DNA of 64,000 nt from Podarcis cretensis (Eukaryota). The position numbers and the translations under genes are program-made. The DNA lies in the NCBI GenBank assembly GCA_951804945.1, contig OX638162.1, forward strand, positions 35,278,001 to 35,342,000, in the 5' to 3' direction. Shown here one piece after another: positions 13,117 through 24,963 of this stretch (the stretch's first letter is position 1; every line of letters begins with the position of its first letter). The notes under the pieces are model-generated. The model ran no database searches, had not been told where the DNA came from, and was given only the letters and a program-made list of their open reading frames with translations.

Positions 13117-13434
13117 CTTGCTTGCTGATCGAAAGGTCGGCGGTTTGAATCCCTGCGGCGGGGTGCGCTCCCGCTGCTCGGTCCCAGCGCCTGCCAACCT
13201 AGCAGTTCGAAAGCACCTCCGGGTGCAAGTAGATAAATAGGGACCGCTTACCAGCGGGAAGGTAAACGGCGTTTCCGTGTGCGGCTCTGGCTCGCCAGAG
13301 CAGCGATGTCACGCTGGCCACGTGACCCGGAAGTGTCTCCGGACAGCGCTGGCCCCTGGCCTCTTGAGTGAGATGGGCGCACAACCCCAGAGTCTGTCAA
13401 GACTGGCCCGTATGGGCAGGGGTACCTTTACCTT
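13117..13434 (+). mobile_element. Sauria (Squam1) SINE, 5'-truncated, young
   Basis: Reverse complement of the 11116 copy lacking roughly the first 45 nt; ends GGTACCTTTACCTT. 11-bp TSD ACCAACTGGGA at 13106-13116 and 13435-13445. Confidence 0.95.
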
Positions 13435-14248
13435 ACCAACTGGGATGGCATTAAAAGAGGATGAGATAAATTCATTAAGGCTGTGTGCTACCTCCAGTAT
13501 CAGAGGCCTCTGAACAGCAGCTGGTGTGAATCAGAAGCATGCAAAGTGTACAGATGTGCTCAGGTCCTGCTAGTGGGATGCTGGATAGGATGAGCTATGT
13601 TCTGACTATGAAGTGGTTTCTGTGATTAAAAGATTGGTGTAGGTATGTATGAGTGATCTTTCCCTTGGAGAAGAGAGAAAGATCGAGGCTCATGTATTCC
13701 CTTCTCATTCTCTTCCAAGAGGCGAATGCCTGAAGCAGAATATCCCATGAATATTTGAATGGCAAACATACAATTGTGCAGTCAATTAACTTCAGGGTTT
13801 TCAGGTTCTCAGGAAGAATCTCAGGGGGAGAGGAAAGGTAGTATCTGATCAAGCACAGAAAAGTATTTATATCCCAATAACTGTACGGTCTAATGGATGG
13901 TTTTACAAGTTTCCTCACTTCTTCCCTGAGCAAGATTACACAGCATCCATCTTAATGACTAGCCAACAGATCGAAACCATCACAGTGAAAATGCAAAACT
14001 GCTGATGAATAATTTGAACTTTTCTGCTTTTCTCGCCTCTCCAGAACCCTTCAGCATTGCATTATAATGCAAGATTAAGAGAGTAGAAACCCAGCTTTGT
14101 GTGAGTTTCTTCTCTCTATCACTCAACATTGCTGGGAGAGCGTAGTGGTATATATTTTTATCTGTTGTATAAGCATAAGTTTGAAAAAAGTGGGGTGCAG
14201 GATTGTTCAGAGTGCCATAAAGGTCATCCATCCCCCCTTTCAGTATAC

Positions 14249-14445
14249 AGATGCACACCATACATTTGAGGAAGATTCAATGCACATTGAAAGCACATAG
14301 TTTCCCTCAGAATTCTAGGAACTGTAGTTAGGGGTGCTGTAACTGTAGCTCTGTAAGGGCAAAAGTATAATTCTCAGGATTCTTCAGGGAAAGTCATGTG
14401 GTTTGAAGGCACATTGAATGTATGTTAAATGTATGTTGTGGATCT
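14249..14445. mobile_element. Fold-back MITE-like element (relative at ~55875-56112)
   Basis: GATGCACACCATACATTT versus AAATGTATGTTGTGGATC inverted arms, with an internal GAATTCT..GGAACTGTAGTT-type motif shared with the 55875 copy. Confidence 0.6.
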
Positions 14446-17400
14446 TTCTGAAGGCTAAATGCACACATTCTGAAAAAAAACAGAAAACTGAAATCCAACT
14501 TGAGTAGTAATTTGGATCAAGAGCAATGATGACACATTCAGGAGATTACTGTCAACCAAACATCAAATGCGAACCCACACACAAAATCAAATCACACATT
14601 TAATCCATTTAAAAAAACAAAAACAAAGCAAAACAGTCAAGTTATAAATAGACCTACATAGAGAATTGCTGGTCATTTAAATTTCCAGCTCCAATTAGAT
14701 AAAGTTATCACCAACTGAAAGCCAGATTATCTTTGCTTTATAGGAAAGCCAAAAAGAAAAGAAAGCTTTTGAACTATGAGCAGGGCTATAATTAGACAAC
14801 TTGGATTATTACTCCTGTTTTGAGGCTTGCTCTCCCTTTTGTCATTGTTACTGTTTTTGTTTGGCCTCCGTTTAATTTCCTGTCAGCCTTACAAGAGATT
14901 TCTAATGTTTGGGCTGTAGAATAAGTTCTGATTAAAAATAATCTTCCCAATTACAGCTTGGCACAAGCTAAGACTGCCACGTGTTCCCTGCCACTAACCT
15001 CTGGGTTTCTGTCTGCAGTAATTGTGTCTATATCAGCCCCTAACTGCAAATGAAAACCCAGGGGGCATATTCAGGCATCCAGCTTCCTGAGCCTTACCCA
15101 TATCTCTTAATTTGCACTGTCTGTCAAAAGGAGATGCTCTCCAATGTACTAAAATGAAATCCTCAGAAACGGCAGGTCAAATGAACAAGGGGAAATGGGA
15201 GGGTTTGGAATTGAAAGTGGGGGGAGATGTAGCAGAAATCTGAGACTCAGATACGAGGGTGCCTCAACACTCTTCATTATAATTCCAATCCCTGTCCACA
15301 TGCACACTGAAACTGGTTAACAAATTCCGAGGTCGCATTTTCTCTTTCATTACAGAATTTTCTCAATCCAAACATCCCATGCCTAAACTACTAAAATAAA
15401 ATAAAATACTGAAGTTATGTGTTGTTGCTTCCGGTTTCCTTCTCATAAATGCATAGCCAATTCATGTGATAAAATGCAACAAAATAAGAGTAAAGGAAAT
15501 ACCAGGTTTTTCAAACAGCTTAGATTTAGCATATGGATGGACGCTTATTGATTGATGCTGCAACATCAAGTGAATGAACTGCTGCAATTTAAACATAGCA
15601 GACATATCACCTCCCAGTGGAAGGCTGGTTCATTAGGGCAAATGGGGCACTGCCCAACCAAGTTCACTGTGTCTTCAGACAGCCCCCCTACACACACCTG
15701 CCTGTCCAGGGAGTGGCACTGCCTGTCAGCTGATTCACAGCATTGCCTTTGTAGAACCCAGTATAGAGGAAGATGTGGGCAAACCCACAATTAGTTGTAT
15801 TTGTCTGATATTGGGCCTGGTTCCATCTGCTGTTGGGCTCCATGCCTTCTACCCTTCCAGGCTCACTAGACACCAACCACCACTATGCCTAGTGTCACAC
15901 AAAACACAAAGCTGGCCACAACTTCTCCAGTGGACCAAGCCTGCACATTCACCTTTCACCCTTCAACTGGTGGGAAATCAAGACAGATAGGTATAAATAT
16001 GTGCCCAGGGAAACTTGTTTTCTTCTTTCCCCACACAAAATCAGAGAACAATATAGTGATATACTGCAAGGAGAACACAAGGGGCTTAGCTCACTCACTA
16101 CATTCTGGGGTGTGTGGTTTTTAGACAGATATTAATTTCTGGTCTAATAGGCTGCCTGTCCACTTTTTCTCTGGAATCAAGTGTGGTGCTCCTGATGCTC
16201 TCAGTCTGTAGGTTTTTGTTTTTGTTTTGTTTTTTGTTTGTTTTTGAAGGGAAAGGAAGTTGGACAATAAATTTCCTGCCTCACTGAGTGATGTGTAGCA
16301 GTTCCACATTTAGTAAAACATCAGAATTGCAGGCAGTGGGGCTGGAAGGGCGTCTTGTTACTTTTAGGGTTGGAACTGCAGCTCTGCAGCTCCTTGCATT
16401 CCTCCTGCTCAACCTGCATGTTTTAAAATGAGCAGCATGTTCCAAAAGCACTAAAGAGAAAAACAAATAAATGAACGAAAACCTCCAGTACGTTATCCTC
16501 TCAAAGAAACCACCACAGTTGAGTTACCTCGGGATATCTTACCACCGAGTAGAATAAGAACGAGTGAAACAATCTGTCTAGCTTCCTCTCTTGTCAGTAA
16601 ATCCCACAGAGGTCAATAGAGGTATTAATGTGATTAAATTATTCAAATACTTTAGGGGTTCCATTTTCTGGTCCTGAAATTTTAATCAGTACTATGATCA
16701 CCCAGAACTGCTGTGCCTGTACATACACAATTGCAAAAATAAAATACTTTGAAGAATAGAACTATTACTTTTGAACCAGCATTCAATTTAGCACCATTAT
16801 GTGTCAGAATATGGTGAAGATAAGCATTAGGAAGTCACAATTGTTTTGCTCATTCATCAGCGTTTTATATCAACTCCTATTTTTCAGCACAACGTTTTTC
16901 CCATTTCTATTATCAAGATTAATAACCCAACAATGCACAAAAGCATAGACTGGACTGAGGTAGGGAGAAGGGTGGGGGAAGAAAAAGACTATGATTTACT
17001 TCCTCTGATTACTGTTTTATTTACACTGCTGAGAACATTCTATTTTTCTGCTTCATAATTTAGCACTTGTCCCATAAAGGAACATTAAGGCAAATCACCC
17101 CTTCTGTTTAACCACAGCATGCTAAACTGTACTCTAAAGTAATCCACTTTAGAAAACAACAGCAGCAACAACAACAGTGTTTTCCTATAGCACTTGCAAC
17201 CAGATAACCAGAAATAAGGAGAGGAGACACAGGGAAGTGGTTTGAAGTAAGGCCAACCACATTGCATTAATGATCTGCAGAGGTAAAATTCCATGAGCAA
17301 CTTATACTGCTGCCTAGCTTTACTAATCAAAAGGTAAGCCTGTCACTGCCCAGAGTGTGGGTTAGTATTTTACTCTATCTGTTCTTACTATTTAAACATG

Positions 17401-18499
17401 TGTAAGTGAGGTGCAAAAATGCAACACAGAAACAATAAAATGCTGTAATAGAAATAGGAGATACAAGACAAAACCCAGCAGAACAGTATTATAAAATAGG
17501 ACTTCTGTAATAATGGGGCCCTGTCCTATAGGTCAGGCAGGGAAATACAAGGCATGTGAAGCACCAGAAGGAAGAGTATTCCAGAGTGCAAGGGCAATGG
17601 TAGAAAATACCCATTTTTGTCTTACTGCTCTATGACATTCTGTAGGATGTGGTGCCTTGAGTATAATGTCCCCAATGAAGGGATACGTATTCTTTCAGAT
17701 GATACAAGCATCCAAACATCAGAACTAGGAAAAAGGAACTCACCATATCTCCTCTGATAAAAGTGGTATGTGTGGGGTTCTGGGTCCTTTTGGCTTATTA
17801 TATCTCATGCTAGACATAGTACCAAAGATGTATGGGTTGGAGCACACTAGGAGGCAGGGCTGGAAGCCAAACAACAAGCCACTTCTGGTGCAGTTCCTAA
17901 ACATGCTCCAGGGCTGGGGAAGAGCAGGTGGAGGATATATAAAACCTTCTGCCTGTTTCCTCCCTCTTCCTTCTTCAAAAGATGTGGTGCCCAGCTCACC
18001 ATCCCGCTATGCAGTGTGACTTAGCTGGTTGCCACAGTTAGGGCACAGCAAGAAGTTCTGTCTTCTCCCGTGGATGGTTGGTGGGCAGGGATTTTTCCAC
18101 TAACTCCAAACTGCAATGTTGGAGAAGTGCAGTTAGAGGTGAGAGCTGGATAATGAAGTTGACTGGTTTTATCTGGACCCTTGACAGCTGTGTATATGAA
18201 ATAGAAGAAGTTGGCACAAGTTGTGAATACCCTGAGGCACTTTCCAAGTGAACAGTGACCCCAGAGACTGTGGGAACAGCGACACATGGCTGTGGGAACC
18301 ATGGAGAAGGGTATAGATCACTTCTGAGGTTAACCCTCACTCTAAGGACACATGAATCAGGAAGAGCTGCCTCCTCATATGAATGGGTATGACAGGGAGA
18401 AAGAAGTGGAATTTGCACCACATTTCACCCATGTGGGGTAGGTTCACCCAATTTCCCGTACATGGTCTTTTTTCCCTGAGCAGCTCATACCACCCAACT

Positions 18500-18760
18500 G
18501 TTGGCATCTGTCTGTCTCAGGAGACAATGGAAGTGTGTGCCTTCAGGGGCAAACTGATGGAGTTACAGCTCCAGCTGTGACTACAGAGACTGATAAGGGA
18601 GAGACATGTTTTGTTGCAGCTGGGGCAGATGAAGGTGTTTGACTGTGTTGATGCAGGTATACTAGGGCGTTTCTTATTTCTGTGCTCCTCCCAGCTGTCA
18701 TTCCTCCTCTGGTCACTGCTGTTGTTCAGAAAGTGGCCCGAGTTATATCCCATACCTTGT
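18500..18760 (-). mobile_element. RTE-clade LINE 3' fragment
   Basis: Minus-strand translation ends FICPSCNKTCLSLISLCSHSWSC, a degenerate C2HC/C2H2-like C-terminal motif of RTE ORFs. Short 3'UTR ends CCATTGTCTCCTGAGACAGACAGATGCCAAC. Confidence 0.75.
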
Positions 18761-19572
18761 GTCTTGCCTCTTTATTTCTGGTCTCCTAACACAATGCTAA
18801 TTACACAAATGCAAATAACATGAACGTTGTGTTGTTGTTCTGTAAACAACACCACGGGGAAACAGAACAGTAGAAGAGGTGAAGTTTTAACTCATTCTCT
18901 CCCTGCCACGGTCACGAGAGTAATCACCTCTGGTATTTGCATTTCAAGGGGATTTCGAATTGGCACCATTTGGGATATATCCAGGCAATTAATGTCACAT
19001 CTGGCTTGGCCCTCAGAATCTCCTGCATCTCATAAAGTAGCATCCAGCAGCTCTTTCATCCTCATTAGTCACTCTGCTATGGCTTCTCCTGAGGGAAGAA
19101 ATTATTATCCTGCAGTCTGATAATAGCAGGTGGACCCTCACTTTTCATGAACTGCTTGGTTGCATCTGTGTGTGCCTGGAACAGAAGGCGGTGTTCTCAA
19201 TATGGCAGTGATCATTCAGAGAACAATTATGCTGAAGCTCTATGAACAGAGATCATACTGTATATAATGCTGATCATATGGCTTGGGTAGGTTTGTATAA
19301 TCAGAAGCAGGTTCTTCATAAGTACAGAGTTGTGGCTATTTATGATCTACTCAGAGTAGACCCACTGACATTTATGTGCATCCAAGTCTATTAATTTCAA
19401 TGTGTCAGTAGAACTTAATTGAATACAGCCCATATAATTTTTATAGTGGGTTGGAGCCAACGTCCTATTTTACTGTATTCCAGCCTGACGCTGAATCTCA
19501 CAGACATGGAGGCAAGGCAGGAAACTAGGTAAACTAGCTATGGAAAGGCTGGTCAGAAGTTTCAGGACCATA

Positions 19573-19932
19573 AAAAAAGGTAAAGGTACCCCTGCCCGCA
19601 CGGGCCAGTCGTGTCCGACTCTGGGGTTGCACGCCCATCTCGCTTAAGAGGCTGGGGGCCAGCGCTGTCTGGAGACACTTCCGGGTCACGTGGCCAGCGT
19701 GACAAGCTGCATCTGGCGAGCCAGCGCAGTACACGGAAACGCCGTTTACCTTCCCGCTAGTAAGCGGTCCCTATTTATCTACTTGCACCCGGGGGTGCTT
19801 TCGAACTGCTAGGTTGGCAGGCGCCGGGACCGAGCAATGGGAGCGCACCCCACCGCGGAGATTCGAACCGCCGACCTGACGATCAGCAAGTCCTAGGTGC
19901 TGAGGTTTTACCCACAGCGCCACCCGCGTCCC
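19573..19932 (-). mobile_element. Sauria (Squam1) SINE, related subfamily
   Basis: Same head (GGGACGCGGGTGGCGCTGTGGG on minus), body and ACCTTT tail, with more substitutions than the young trio. Only a short CATA duplication is visible. Confidence 0.93.
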
Positions 19933-20451
19933 CATAGATAGCTCCAAGTGAGCAACTTTCTCCAGGAAGCTTAAGAGCATACTGAGGCACTTTAAGCCTC
20001 TTCCAGGCTCCACCCACTTAAAGCCTATGGCAAGTGGACACTACTCCATTCTATAGCCTCCCATCTAATGTTCCCAGTGCACCACTGATCCAGTGAAGTG
20101 TGATGGGAGGCATTTGTTTCCTTAGACTCAGCTGCCCACAAGGATCCAGAGGCCCCAGAGGCTCTGGTGGTCCAGGAGCTTATTTCAGGGGCTCCTGTCT
20201 GACAGTTTGAGTCACAGTAGTGCCCTGATCTCCAGCAGCCATCTCAGAAGCCTGACCTCCATGAGGCTCCTTAAATGGTGCCTCTGTAGCTTCTGACTGT
20301 GTCTGGGTTTGCCCGTGTTACCTCCAGAGAACCACCCCTGCCATTGCTTAGAACTCAGAATAGGTTGCAACTGTTTTAATGAAACAATCTAAAGAAACAA
20401 CCTTAATTGTGGTATGGGCATGTGCTTTAGTGGAAATGCAATCCTTCCACA

Positions 20452-20690
20452 AAAGAAGAAGAGTTTGGATTTGATATTCTGCTTTATCAGTACCCTAAGG
20501 AGTCTCAAAGTGGCTAACATTCTCCTTCCTCCCCCACAACAAACACTCTGTGAGGTGTGTGGGGCTGAGAGACTTCAAAGAAGTGTGACTAGCCCAAGGT
20601 CACCCAGCAGTTGCATGTGGAGGAGCAGAGACGTGAACCCAGTTCACCAGATTACAAGTCTACCGCTCTTAACCACTACACCACACTGGC
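20452..20690 (-). mobile_element. tRNA-derived CORE-type (MIR-like) SINE
   Basis: Minus strand starts GCCAGTGTGGTGTAGTGGTTAAGAGCGG (A box), contains CTGGGTGACCTTGGGCTAGTCAC (CORE-like) and ends in a (CTT)n tail. Confidence 0.8.
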
Positions 20691-22039
20691 TCTCCACAAA
20701 AGACTTTACCATCCAGCATGTTCCCAGGCAGAAGGGAAATGGTTATTAAGCTTCTCCCTTCAGGACGTTTCCCTGCAATCCATATTCATCCATTTCTTTA
20801 AGGCAATCAGTGAAACAATACCTTCCCTACATCTGTAAAAAGAAATTCTATTGTTCCCAGATTGCTTGATGGAGAGGTTTAGAAAAAGATCAGATCCACT
20901 GCCAAACAACTGATCAATAACTTCCTTTACTCATTCCATATATTAAAGCACCTTGAAGCTAGAGCTCAAACTGAGGGCAAACTTGTTAAAACAATTCCAG
21001 AAAGTGCATGCTTTTCAGAACCTCTCTCCCTGCTGATCCCTATCTCCAGTTTCCAAGCAATATTTAGCACCAAAAACGTTGTTACTTAAAGAACACTCTT
21101 AGGCATATAACAAAAAGAAACCAACCTTATTAAAAATAATTTATGCCCCTAAACATATGTTGCCTTCCTGTACTTCAAATTTCTGGACAATATGTAGTGA
21201 GCAAATCATAACATTTGAAATTGAGGCCTATGCTTCAGATATCATCTTAAAATGCACTGCTTGGTGCTCTCCACTTCTCCATGCACGAAAAACAGTACCA
21301 GGGACAGTGCTGCAAAGTTAAGATTCTTTTGGATGAGAGAGTGTTGCAGAGTTCAAGTATTGCTAATATTTGCTGTGTTTACAAATACAGACAAAGGGCA
21401 GAAGCAAGTAGACTCCTAGAAAACGCAGGCATAAGACCCCAGAGAGCAATTTGTGTAGCACACCAGTACGTTGGTGGCACCCCAACTTTTGGTAAATACC
21501 AGCTAGGAAATAATTCGTTCCCAGGGTAAAACTAGGTGTGTGTTTAATGTGCATGGTATTTTATTCTTTTTATAAAAAAATGCAAACATCGGCCCCTCCA
21601 TTGGAAGGAAATTCCCAATTGCTGCCAATGTAAATAGCAATTTCAGAGGAGAAACTCTGAGAAACTGAGCACACAAGGAAAGGAAGGCAGGGGAGGAGAA
21701 AAGACGGAGCACACAGATACAAGATTTGTTTTTTGTACCGATACATCACAGTTTATTGAAATGAGTCTGTTATGTCTGAACTAGCCAAAATTTTCTTTAA
21801 AGAATGTTTGTAGCCCACCTGTTATATAATATAAAGTGTTGAATTAGAATTGGAATAAATATTTTGCAACAAATGAAATTTGAAGCAAACCTCCAAGTTC
21901 CATGTTGGGCAATATATTTAGGAAATCTGATGGCAGGAGTTCTGGTAAGACTAGTGAATTTATTCAGGGGATCCCCATGCATTCTGAATGTGGTTGATTG
22001 GCGGTGGGGGGCAGACAGCACTATGAATAATATCACCAA

Positions 22040-22433
22040 CCTGGGAAGGTAGGCTATCTAGGAGAAGGAAAACACTGGTCCTAAAATTCCACTGCCTTGC
22101 AGGATATCTTCAGGAGAAGAAAAGGCTAAGGAGTAAACCCTACACAAATCCAGAGTGCAGTCCCTAAGACAGTTGGATGGCACCTTGTACGCCTCCTTCC
22201 AGCAACTCCTGCAGCCAAGCTCATGCCAAGTGTATTGCTCTGTTTTCCTTTAGACCACTTCAGTGAGGTAAGAGGGGGGTCTTGTCGTCTGGGCGGCCCA
22301 GTACCTCCATATACACTGCCCAGGCTTGTGCCCTAGGGAAGTCACTTCAGTGCTGATAACACAACAATTTGACTTCACACACAAACACCCCGGAGGTACA
22401 CTCTATTGTCTCTCAAGACAGAGAGATGCCAAC
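22040..22433 (+). mobile_element. RTE-derived short non-autonomous element
   Basis: 3' end CTATTGTCTCTCAAGACAGAGAGATGCCAAC matches the RTE tail at 18500, but the upstream ~340 bp does not match that copy's coding sequence and resembles RTE 5'UTR sequence (from memory, unverified). Confidence 0.65.
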
Positions 22434-23414
22434 CCCAACTAATTGTTGTGACAGTTTGTTCCTATCAGATTTTTTTACTCTAAGGCCAGTAGCCAGACCA
22501 TGAAGCTTAACAACACATTGTTCGAATTATGCAAAATTGGCATTTTAAAATGAATTATGAAGTTTCATAAGTTTTACTTCTGCACTGTTCGTGTATCAAA
22601 ATATTTATTAGTCCCTAGACAGCTCCACATGTGGTTGACTTGGGTACCTCTAAATAATTCAAACTTTTCTGCAGTAACTTATTTCAGCAATTCCTTTGAT
22701 GCAAGGCAGGAAGAGAACATTTATTACAAGCAGCAAGACGAACCCATATAATTAATATTTTGATACATTTCACCTTCCTGGATGTTTGCTCTTACATTAT
22801 TAGCTTTGTATGAAATAAATAACACTTTTCTGACAACTTGTTATCCCACTTTTAGACAAGATGCTTCAATTTATATAATTACTTTACTTGATTTATTGAT
22901 GCACCTCTGCTTATGTTACATATTCTGTTAATGTGCTATCAATGTAATTAGTTGTTTCTAGGCGGAAATCACTGTTTTTAATCAAGCTAGCATTTTTATT
23001 GCTTCTACACAATCAAAACACCCTTTCATGACTTCATTGCTCTTTCTCCTCATTTCTCTTTCATGTGTTTACACTTGTGAGGGGGGGGGGAGGTTGGCAC
23101 TGATAGTGTTCCCCCCCCCGGCTCAATACAGTACTCCAAAAGCATTTTCTCATAACTTGAGCTATAGAGAGCAATAGTTTGGAAGCACATTTTAATCAAA
23201 ATTTTGAGAAAACAAGCCAGGTTTTGTGGCAGACATTTTGTGGCCAAAATGTCACCACTCTCTGGATATTCAGCTTTTCTTTCCTTTTTTTACTTAGGGC
23301 TGCAATCCTGGGACTTAGCTAGATGGGTAAAGAAAAAGCAATTTATATGTGTTGTATATGTGATATAACATTGTGCCACCAGATTGCGCTGTGGAGTCCC
23401 ATTTTTCTCTACCT

Positions 23415-23774
23415 GTAAAGTAATGGTAAAGGGACCCCTGACCATTAGGTCCAGTTGTGACTGACTCTGGGGTTGCGGCGCTCATCTCGCTTTACTGGCC
23501 GAGGGAGCCGACGTTTGTCCGCAGACAGTTTTTCCAGGTCATGTGGCCAGCATGACTAAGCGAACCAGAGCAGCACACGCAAAAGCCGTTTACCTTCCCA
23601 CCGGAGCGGTACCTATTTATCTACTTGCACTTTGACGTGCTTTCGAACTGCTAGGTTGGCAGGAGCAGGGACCGAGCAACGGTAGCTCACCACGTCGCGG
23701 GGATTTAAACTGCCGACCTTCTGATCGGCAAGTCCTAGGCTCTGTGGTTTAACCCACAGCGCCACCCGCGTCCC
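23415..23774 (-). mobile_element. Sauria (Squam1) SINE, distinct/older subfamily
   Basis: Same head and TATTTATCTACTTGCAC core, but a different tail-proximal segment (plus strand GGGACCCCTGACCATTAGGTCCAG) and an internal deletion. Confidence 0.9.
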
Positions 23775-23938
23775 AGTATAAATGGAGTAGATAGAAGCTA
23801 ATAGTGTATAATCTAAACCTCAGATCATGGCTAAGGTCTCTCCTCCTTAACATGATCTGGAACCAAAGTTTGATTTTCGGATAAAAGGTTTGGATGACAC
23901 ACTAAGCCAAACTGTGCTTTAACTACCATCCCACACCT

Positions 23939-24087
23939 AAAATAAAATAAAATAATAATAATTCATTGCTTATACCCCACCCATCTGGTCGGGCCTCCCC
24001 AGCCACACTAGGCAGCTTCCAACAGTATATTAAAAAGACAATAAAACATCAAAAATTTAAAACTTCCTTAAACAGGGCTGCTTTCAG
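23939..24087 (-). mobile_element. L2 LINE extreme 3' end, same family as 38704
   Basis: Reverse complement matches 39180-39300 (GCAGCCCTGTT..GGAAGTTTT...GTGGCTGGGGA...CCAGATGGG) and carries an AT-rich tail. Confidence 0.8.
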
Positions 24088-24479
24088 CCCATGGACAAGC
24101 AATTGGGTGAAGTCAAATCCCTGTGCAATCATTGTAATCTACGCACTGGTTTACCATGATGAGTGTAGCAGGCCATGATTATTTTTAAGGCTTCCCTGCC
24201 TCCTTGGGCACTAGGGGAGTCCTCCTTGACCAAGTCATGCCTGGCCCTTAAATGCTGATGAGAGACCATATGGGCCTCTTTCTCTCTCCATGCCCCTGAA
24301 GACATTCCAGACTCAGAGTTTAGGGAAGCATGCCCCCACTGCTCCGGAATCAAAGCAAAGCTCTGACATAATACTTCTGGTGATAATATAAGATTTGAGT
24401 CTTCAAAGCGGGAAGGATTGGGTAAAACCAACACATGGTTTTACTGCCAGCCCCCCACCCTTGCAAAATGTATATAGTT

Positions 24480-24717
24480 TGTTTGTTTGTTTATTGAATT
24501 TATATCCCAGTCTTTTCCTCCAAGGAGCTCAAGGCAGTGTACATAGTTCTTCCCCAACTCATTTAATCCTCACAACAAGCCTGTGAGGTAGCTTAAGCTG
24601 AGAGCCAGTGACTGGCCCAAGATCACCCAGTGAGCTGCATTTATGGCCAAGTAGGGATCTGAACCTTGTTCTCGCAGATCCTAGTCCAACACTCTAAGCA
24701 CTACACCACACACTGGT
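24480..24717 (-). mobile_element. tRNA-derived CORE-type (MIR-like) SINE (5' fragment also at ~28928-29025, +)
   Basis: GTGTGGTGTAGTGCTTAGAGTGTTGGACTAGG head; CACTGGGTGATCTTGGGCCAGTCAC and GTTGTGAGGATTAAATGAG core motifs on minus. Confidence 0.8.
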
Positions 24718-24859
24718 TCTCACATAGATGGCTCCTCACACAGAGAATGGGAACACATGGAGATCAGAGAAACAGAATAACATCTTGTGGAATAAATGCT
24801 TTATTTAATAAAGAGGTTTAGCAATAAAGGTTTAGCCACAGAAATATGAAAAATCCTGC

Positions 24860-24963
24860 ACTCAGGTTCTGGTTTTGGGCTTCCCACAGGCATCTGGTTG
24901 GCCACTGTGAGAATAGGATGCTGGACTAGATGACTGGCCTGATCCAGCGGTCTATTCTTATTC
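24860..24963 (+). mobile_element. CR1 3'UTR fragment (further copies near 25940, 39870, 42980, 49700, 53890, 58025)
   Basis: GGCATCTGGTTGGCCACTGTGAGAATAGGATGCTGGACTAGA motif recurs at these positions in both orientations and matches the 3'UTR of the 8677 copy. Confidence 0.75.
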
